Of a DNA stretch of 64,000 nucleotides, positions 59,296-64,000 are shown piece after piece. The notes below the pieces were generated by a model, which saw only the letters and a program-made list of their open reading frames with translations, searched no databases and had not been told where the DNA came from. Source of the stretch: a bacterium. GTDB lineage: Bacteria; Bacteroidota; Bacteroidia; Bacteroidales; FEN-979. How positions within the stretch are numbered: position 1 is the stretch's first letter; every line of letters begins with the position of its first letter. Location: the NCBI GenBank assembly GCA_043806735.1, contig JAZDGR010000105.1, forward strand, positions 3,294 through 67,293, written 5' to 3'. The position numbers and the translations under genes were made by a program.

Positions 59296-60188
59296 TGGAA
59301 ACCATGGATATTCAAACTAAAAAAATCTTATTCATTGTCAACCCGGTCTCAGGTACAGGCAGGCAAAAGAGATTTGAAAAGAGGATAGATAAATTTCTGG
59401 ATAAGTCCAGGTATACATATAAAATTGCCTTTTCCGACTATCCGGGTCACGCTATTGAACTGTCCAGGCAGGCTATGCAAGAGAATACCGATATCGTTGT
59501 AGCAGTTGGGGGCGATGGAACCGTCAATGAAGTAGGGAGGAGCCTGGTTGGAACGGAGTCGGCTTTGGCCATAATTCCTACCGGCTCGGGAAATGGTCTC
59601 GCACGACATCTTGGGATCCCGATGAGCTTCAGGAGATCCCTTGAAATAGTAAACCGGGGAAAGATTCGCAACATAGACACCGGTTCACTCAATGGCCGGG
59701 TATTTCTCAACATAGCCGGCGTCGGGTTTGATGCTCACATTGCGCGAAAATTTGACCAGACACAAAGGCGTGGATTTTTTACCTATTTTCATATAGCGAC
59801 TTCATCTTATAAAAAATACAAACCGAAGAAGTATAAACTGATAGTTGACGGTACCCCCGTCAAGAGAAAAGCTTTTATGATCAGTTTTGCCAATTCCAGC
59901 CAGTTTGGGAATAACGCGTCCATTGACGGGCGGGCAAAAATAGATGACGGCTTACTAGATGTTTGTATTGTCAAGAAGCTCCCTTTCTGGAAAGTGATTA
60001 TCCTTTCTCCATTGTTATTTGTTAAAAAGTTTGAGAGAACTCCTTATGTTGAGATCATTCAGGCAAAGGAAATATCCGTAGAGCGTGAGAAGGGAAGGTA
60101 TATTCATCTTGACGGAGATCCGGTACAGCAGGGGAAAAGCTTTACCGTTCTGATCCATCCTTTATCTTTGCATATTATCGTTCCATAA
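59295..60188 (+). CDS. Soluble diacylglycerol/lipid kinase (DgkB/YegS family)
   Basis: VAVGGDGTVNEV, IPTGSGNGLARHLG. The ATG overlaps the upstream stop (TAATG). Confidence 0.8.
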   Translation: METMDIQTKKILFIVNPVSGTGRQKRFEKRIDKFLDKSRYTYKIAFSDYPGHAIELSRQAMQENTDIVVAVGGDGTVNEVGRSLVGTESALAIIPTGSGNGLARHLGIPMSFRRSLEIVNRGKIRNIDTGSLNGRVFLNIAGVGFDAHIARKFDQTQRRGFFTYFHIATSSYKKYKPKKYKLIVDGTPVKRKAFMISFANSSQFGNNASIDGRAKIDDGLLDVCIVKKLPFWKVIILSPLLFVKKFERTPYVEIIQAKEISVEREKGRYIHLDGDPVQQGKSFTVLIHPLSLHIIVP

Positions 60189-60199
60189 TCCCGCAGAAA

Positions 60200-61408
60200 A
60201 TGACCGAAAAAGCCGCTATCACACTCAGCGAAAAGCTCAGGGTTTTAATGCTTCACTGGGGCATGAATGAGACCGCATTTAATTATATTGTCGATTTCTC
60301 GGGTCTTATCGTTATATTTTTGATCTCCATCCTGGTTTACTACATCACGAAATTCATTATAAACCGGATCTTAAAGCGACTGATCCAGAGATCGAAAAGC
60401 AAATGGGATGATTATCTGTACGAGCAAAGGGTATTTACCAGGGTAGTGCTGCTGATCCCCGCCCTGATTTTGCAGATATCAGCTGATTCGGTTGTCACCA
60501 CTCACCCGGTTGCTCTCAAGTACCTCCATTTGGGATTAACCCTTTACATCACCTTTGTCATCATACTTGTAATCGTTTCCTTCCTGAATGCGGTTTACAA
60601 GATCTACGGCGAATTTGAAGTATCAGACTCAAAGCCTATTAAAGGGTACATTCAGATCGGGAAAATCATAACCTTCGTCGTTGGCGGTATCTTGGTAATC
60701 TCAATACTGGTGGGGAGGTCTCCGTTAAGTTTGCTGGCCGGACTCGGTGCTATGTCGGCCGTGTTGATGCTTATCTTCAAGGACAGTATCCTTGGTTTTG
60801 TAGCCGGAGTCCAGCTATCTAGCAACAGATCGCTCCAGATTGGCGATTGGATCACAGCACCAAAATACAATACGGATGGGACGGTTTTCGATATTTCTCT
60901 AGTGACTGTGAAAGTGCGGAACTTTGATAATTCGGTAAGTCTGATCCCAACGTATACTCTAATCACCGATTCGTTTTTGAATTGGCGAAGCATGGGCGAT
61001 GCTGGAGGCCGCCGTTTAAAAAGGTCGTTTTTGGTGGATGTAAGAACTATCCGGTTTGCCGAACAACCGTTGATTGACCACCTGAAAGGGAAAGAATTGC
61101 CTGTTGAACTATGGCTTCAGCAAGATGAAAAGATAACCAACCTGGGTCTTTTTCGACAGTATCTGGCTTATCATCTACGGACTCAATCGATCATCAATCA
61201 GGATGCTACGTTGATGATCAGGCAGTTACAGCCAACAGAAAACGGGTTGCCGGTCGAAGTATATGCGTTTTACCGTCCTCCTGACTGGAGTGATTTTGAA
61301 CATTTTCAATCTGCTTTGTTTGAACATATTTTTGCCACGCTTCCCGATTTCGGCCTTGCGGCTTTCCAGCGCACCAGCAGTTTATTCATTAAATCTGACA
61401 ACGTATGA
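60200..61408 (+). CDS. MscS-family mechanosensitive channel
   Basis: N-terminal TMs plus the MscS core (IFKDSILGFVAGVQLSSNRSLQIGDWI...VKVRNFDNSVSLIPT). Confidence 0.75.
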   Translation: MTEKAAITLSEKLRVLMLHWGMNETAFNYIVDFSGLIVIFLISILVYYITKFIINRILKRLIQRSKSKWDDYLYEQRVFTRVVLLIPALILQISADSVVTTHPVALKYLHLGLTLYITFVIILVIVSFLNAVYKIYGEFEVSDSKPIKGYIQIGKIITFVVGGILVISILVGRSPLSLLAGLGAMSAVLMLIFKDSILGFVAGVQLSSNRSLQIGDWITAPKYNTDGTVFDISLVTVKVRNFDNSVSLIPTYTLITDSFLNWRSMGDAGGRRLKRSFLVDVRTIRFAEQPLIDHLKGKELPVELWLQQDEKITNLGLFRQYLAYHLRTQSIINQDATLMIRQLQPTENGLPVEVYAFYRPPDWSDFEHFQSALFEHIFATLPDFGLAAFQRTSSLFIKSDNV

Positions 61409-62586
61409 AAACAAATGCCATTTTCTTCAGGTTCCTTCGGGCTTTTCTAACCTGGCTTATACTTTTTTGGTTAGTTGTATCTGGAATCAAAGCCTATTCT
61501 CAGTCTGATACACTATCGCCGGAATCAAAGAAAAAGTTCAAAGAACTTCTGAATAATTTTGATGTTTCTGTATACATGGATGTTTATTATAACAACATTT
61601 TGGATAATCCAAGCGGAGACACCTCGAATATCATAGAGTTTGCAAGCAACTGCCCTTTTGCAAAAGAATTTCGACTGAATGTGGCGAGTGTCTGGTTGTA
61701 TTATACTTCGAAGAATGTTCGCGGGAAACTTGAACTTCAATGGGGGGATGCGCCCAATCTACTTGCGCAGTCAAATGCCCAGTTTATCAAGAACATGAAA
61801 CAGGTCGATTTCGGTTTCAGGGTATATAAAACCCTTTGGGTTGATCTAGGATATCTTTATAATCCAATTGGTTACGAATCCTCCTTCCCTATCCGGAATC
61901 AGCTTAGTACGGTCACCACGGGAGGATATTTTGAAACCGGAAATTTTCTCGGAATTAAGGTCTCTTCGCAGATTACCCCGTCTATATTTGCAGGAGCGTA
62001 TGTGGGAAATCCGTATACGTTAGCATACGGCAAGAATAAGCGATTGTATGCAGGGGTTACGTTTCTCTATTCTTATAAGAACCTCTTTACAATCAATTAT
62101 AATAACATGATCGGAAATGCCGCTCTTTCGACATCAGATCGGAATCATTTTTACCTGTATAATAACACGGTTCTTACCGTTACCCCGGTTACAAATCTTC
62201 TGTTGGTTGGGGAATTTGATTATGTAGTCGAGACCAATGCCAGTAAACCACCGGATACCTCAAATAATGCATCCGGGATATCCGGTTTTCTTCAGGTCAC
62301 TTACCGGTTTGCAAAATGGTTTTCTGCATCCATCCGGGGTGAGTATTTGAATGATCCAGATGGGCTTACCGGCACGCTATATGCATATGATGGGAAACTC
62401 AGAGGTCTGTTGACCTATGGCGGTACGTTTGGCATTGAGTTTAATCCCGTGCCGTACTCCTATATTCGTGCTGAATACAGTTACTTGTCAGCTGATAAGG
62501 GAAATTATATCTTCAACAGCAATCTGTCAGACAATCGTCAGTTACTGACTTTCACTGCAGGTATTCGGTTTGGCGCTTTCCGATAA
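61405..62586 (+). CDS. Predicted outer-membrane beta-barrel (porin-like)
   Basis: Signal peptide, alternating beta pattern, and C-terminal ...IRFGAFR. The ATG overlaps the MscS stop (ATGA). Confidence 0.45.
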   Translation: MKTNAIFFRFLRAFLTWLILFWLVVSGIKAYSQSDTLSPESKKKFKELLNNFDVSVYMDVYYNNILDNPSGDTSNIIEFASNCPFAKEFRLNVASVWLYYTSKNVRGKLELQWGDAPNLLAQSNAQFIKNMKQVDFGFRVYKTLWVDLGYLYNPIGYESSFPIRNQLSTVTTGGYFETGNFLGIKVSSQITPSIFAGAYVGNPYTLAYGKNKRLYAGVTFLYSYKNLFTINYNNMIGNAALSTSDRNHFYLYNNTVLTVTPVTNLLLVGEFDYVVETNASKPPDTSNNASGISGFLQVTYRFAKWFSASIRGEYLNDPDGLTGTLYAYDGKLRGLLTYGGTFGIEFNPVPYSYIRAEYSYLSADKGNYIFNSNLSDNRQLLTFTAGIRFGAFR

Positions 62587-62591
62587 ATCAC

Positions 62592-62599
62592 TAATTTTG
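62592..62599 (+). promoter_or_regulatory. -7 box (TAATTTTG) upstream of the heptamer arrays and the OTC gene
   Basis: Matches TAnnTTTG. It would place both heptamer arrays in a ~100-nt 5' leader. Confidence 0.35.
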
Positions 62600-62608
62600 C
62601 AAGAGATG

Positions 62609-62657
62609 GTGAGACGTAAGACGTGAGACGTAAGATGTAAGACGTGGGACGTGAGAA
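62609..62657. repeat. Heptanucleotide tandem array (GTRRGAY x7)
   Basis: gtgagac gtaagac gtgagac gtaagat gtaagac gtgggac gtgagaa. Reverse complement of the array at 10615-10642. Confidence 0.85.
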
Positions 62658-62669
62658 ATGACAAATTGT

Positions 62670-62704
62670 AAACTGAAAACTGCAAACCGCAAACTGAAAA
62701 CTAA
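62670..62704. repeat. Second heptanucleotide tandem array (AAACYGM x5)
   Basis: aaactga aaactgc aaaccgc aaactga aaactaa. Ends 4 nt before the OTC ATG. Confidence 0.85.
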
Positions 62705-62708
62705 TACT

Positions 62709-63710
62709 ATGTCGTTGAATTTAAGAAACCGGAATTGTCTGAAATTATTGGATTTTACACCCGGGGAGATCAAGTATTTGCTGGACCTGTCATGGGATTT
62801 AAAGAAAGCTAAATATGCTGGTACCGAGCAGCCAAAGCTGAAGGGTAAGAACATCGCTTTGATTTTTGAGAAGGCCTCAACCCGGACCCGGTGTGCATTT
62901 GAGGTAGCTGCGTTTGATCAGGGTGCATGTGTTACATACCTGGGGCCCGATGGATCGCATATCGGGAAGAAAGAGACCATGAAGGATACAGCCCGTGTGC
63001 TGGGGCGCATGTACGATGGGATCGAGTACAGGGGATTCGGCCAAGTCATCGTGGAAGAACTTGGGAAGTACGCAGGAGTTCCCGTATGGAACGGGCTCAC
63101 CAACGAATTTCATCCCACGCAGATTCTGGCTGATTTTCTCACCATGATGGAACATTCTGCCAAACCCCTTCATCACATTTCTTTTGTCTTTTGCGGGGAT
63201 GCACGAAACAATATGGGAAATTCGCTGATGGTGGGGGCAGCCAAGATGGGCATGGACTTCCGGGCTTTTGCACCGAAAAAATACTGGCCTGATCAGCAAT
63301 TGGTGGATCAGTGTCTTGCCATTGCCAAAGAAACCAGTGCCGGGATCACCCTGACGGAAAAAATTGACGAAGCCGTGAACGGAGTGGATTTTGTTTATAC
63401 CGATGTCTGGTTATCTATGGGGGAGGTAAAAGAGTTATGGGAAGAACGGATTAAAGAGATGCTGCCATTCCAGGTAAACAAAACCTTGATGGAAAAGACC
63501 GGGAATCCAAAGGTAAAATTCATGCACTGCCTTCCTTCCTTTCACAACAAGGATACGGAAGTGGGATTTGAGATCTTTAAGAAATACGGATTGGACGGAT
63601 TGGAAGTTACTGAGGAAGTTTTCGAATCGCCGGCTTCCATTGTATTTGATGAAGCGGAGAACCGGCTCCACACCATCAAGGCTGTGATGGTCGCCACCCT
63701 GGGCGATTAA
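62709..63710 (+). CDS. argF: Ornithine carbamoyltransferase (canonical ArgF/ArgI/ArcB type)
   Basis: From the internal Met [18 protein letters not shown]. Motifs STRTR, HPTQ, DVWLSMG and HCLPSFH. C-terminal [16 protein letters not shown]. Confidence 0.92.
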   Translation: MSLNLRNRNCLKLLDFTPGEIKYLLDLSWDLKKAKYAGTEQPKLKGKNIALIFEKASTRTRCAFEVAAFDQGACVTYLGPDGSHIGKKETMKDTARVLGRMYDGIEYRGFGQVIVEELGKYAGVPVWNGLTNEFHPTQILADFLTMMEHSAKPLHHISFVFCGDARNNMGNSLMVGAAKMGMDFRAFAPKKYWPDQQLVDQCLAIAKETSAGITLTEKIDEAVNGVDFVYTDVWLSMGEVKELWEERIKEMLPFQVNKTLMEKTGNPKVKFMHCLPSFHNKDTEVGFEIFKKYGLDGLEVTEEVFESPASIVFDEAENRLHTIKAVMVATLGD

Positions 63711-64000
63711 TTTACAGGAATGACCTTGCCCTGCTCACATTTCAATGTGCGCGCCGGAAACTTTTCAAACATTGCGTAATTATGGGTGGCCATCAGTACG
63801 GCCCTGGCTGTTTTTGAGATATCCATCAGGAGGTTGATGATCCCTTCTGAACTTTCGGGATCAAGGTTGCCAGTTGGTTCATCTGCCAGAATGATTTCGG
63901 GATCGTTCACAAGAGCCCGCGCTATGGCCACCCGTTGTTGTTCGCCACCGGACAACTGGTGAGGCATTTTGGCCCCTTTGGTCTGCAGGTTCACTTTAGC
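63707..64000 (-). CDS. ABC transporter ATP-binding protein (FtsE/LolD-like), C-terminal fragment; the 5' end lies outside the window
   Basis: Signature [15 protein letters not shown], Walker [14 protein letters not shown]-loop ATHN. The frame is open to nt 64000. Confidence 0.75.
   Translation of the reverse strand, partial: AKVNLQTKGAKMPHQLSGGEQQRVAIARALVNDPEIILADEPTGNLDPESSEGIINLLMDISKTARAVLMATHNYAMFEKFPARTLKCEQGKVIPVN

Noticed and set aside
62609-62704. Possible CRISPR-like or minisatellite array.
   Set aside because: The units are 7 nt and contiguous, with no spacers, and there are no cas genes. It is kept as a microsatellite finding rather than a CRISPR array.
62658-62708. Upstream extension of the OTC ORF ([17 protein letters not shown]), and ORF 62591..62854 (-).
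   Set aside because: These are translations of the heptamer arrays. OTC homology begins at the Met at 62709.

Overview
This is a gene-dense 64-kb chromosomal segment with about 57 CDS on both strands. It carries hallmarks of a Bacteroidota genome: a T9SS C-terminal sorting domain, ribosomal protein THX, TAnnTTTG -7 promoter boxes 5-50 nt upstream of many start codons, and almost no Shine-Dalgarno sequences.

Content:
- Housekeeping genes: thyA-folA, dnaB, proS, gyrB, fmt, rsmG, recQ, HU, rpmH, THX, mazG, mpg.
- Envelope genes: lpxK, LpxR-like and PagL-like deacylases, a PAP2 phosphatase, wecB, a GT4 glycosyltransferase, YfhO, an LtaS-like transferase coupled to a lipid kinase, MscS, several outer-membrane barrels, and a MacA/MacB-permease/TolC efflux operon.
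- Other modules: an ECF sigma module beside a PKD/T9SS cargo protein, citrate lyase (citD-citE fusion plus citF), a membrane pyrophosphatase, an OPT peptide transporter with PepD, and a canonical ornithine carbamoyltransferase.
- One RNA gene is clear: RNase P RNA (rnpB, minus strand, about 37058-37493). It is hidden under spurious ORF extensions.
- rpmH (53 aa) is missing from the ORF track.
- By eye I found no tRNA, rRNA, CRISPR array, transposase, integrase or phage genes.

Most interesting observations:
1. A two-gene operon encodes a secreted Trp/Tyr/Gly-rich plus Gln/Ser/Arg-rich disordered protein and a FadL/PorV-like barrel. It is led by the only perfect Shine-Dalgarno sequence I saw upstream of a start codon.
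2. THX is fused to an ~80-aa Lys/Ala/Pro tail.
3. The conserved N-terminus of rsmG lies upstream of any canonical start codon.
4. A PqqD/RRE-like protein sits between an OPT transporter and PepD.
5. Heptanucleotide tandem arrays occur at two distant loci.
6. rnpB carries a 17-bp perfect hairpin, and the hairpin core recurs elsewhere in the window.
7. A MATE transporter is split by one extra G in a G-run.

All functional calls rest on motifs read by eye and remembered family features. No searches were run.
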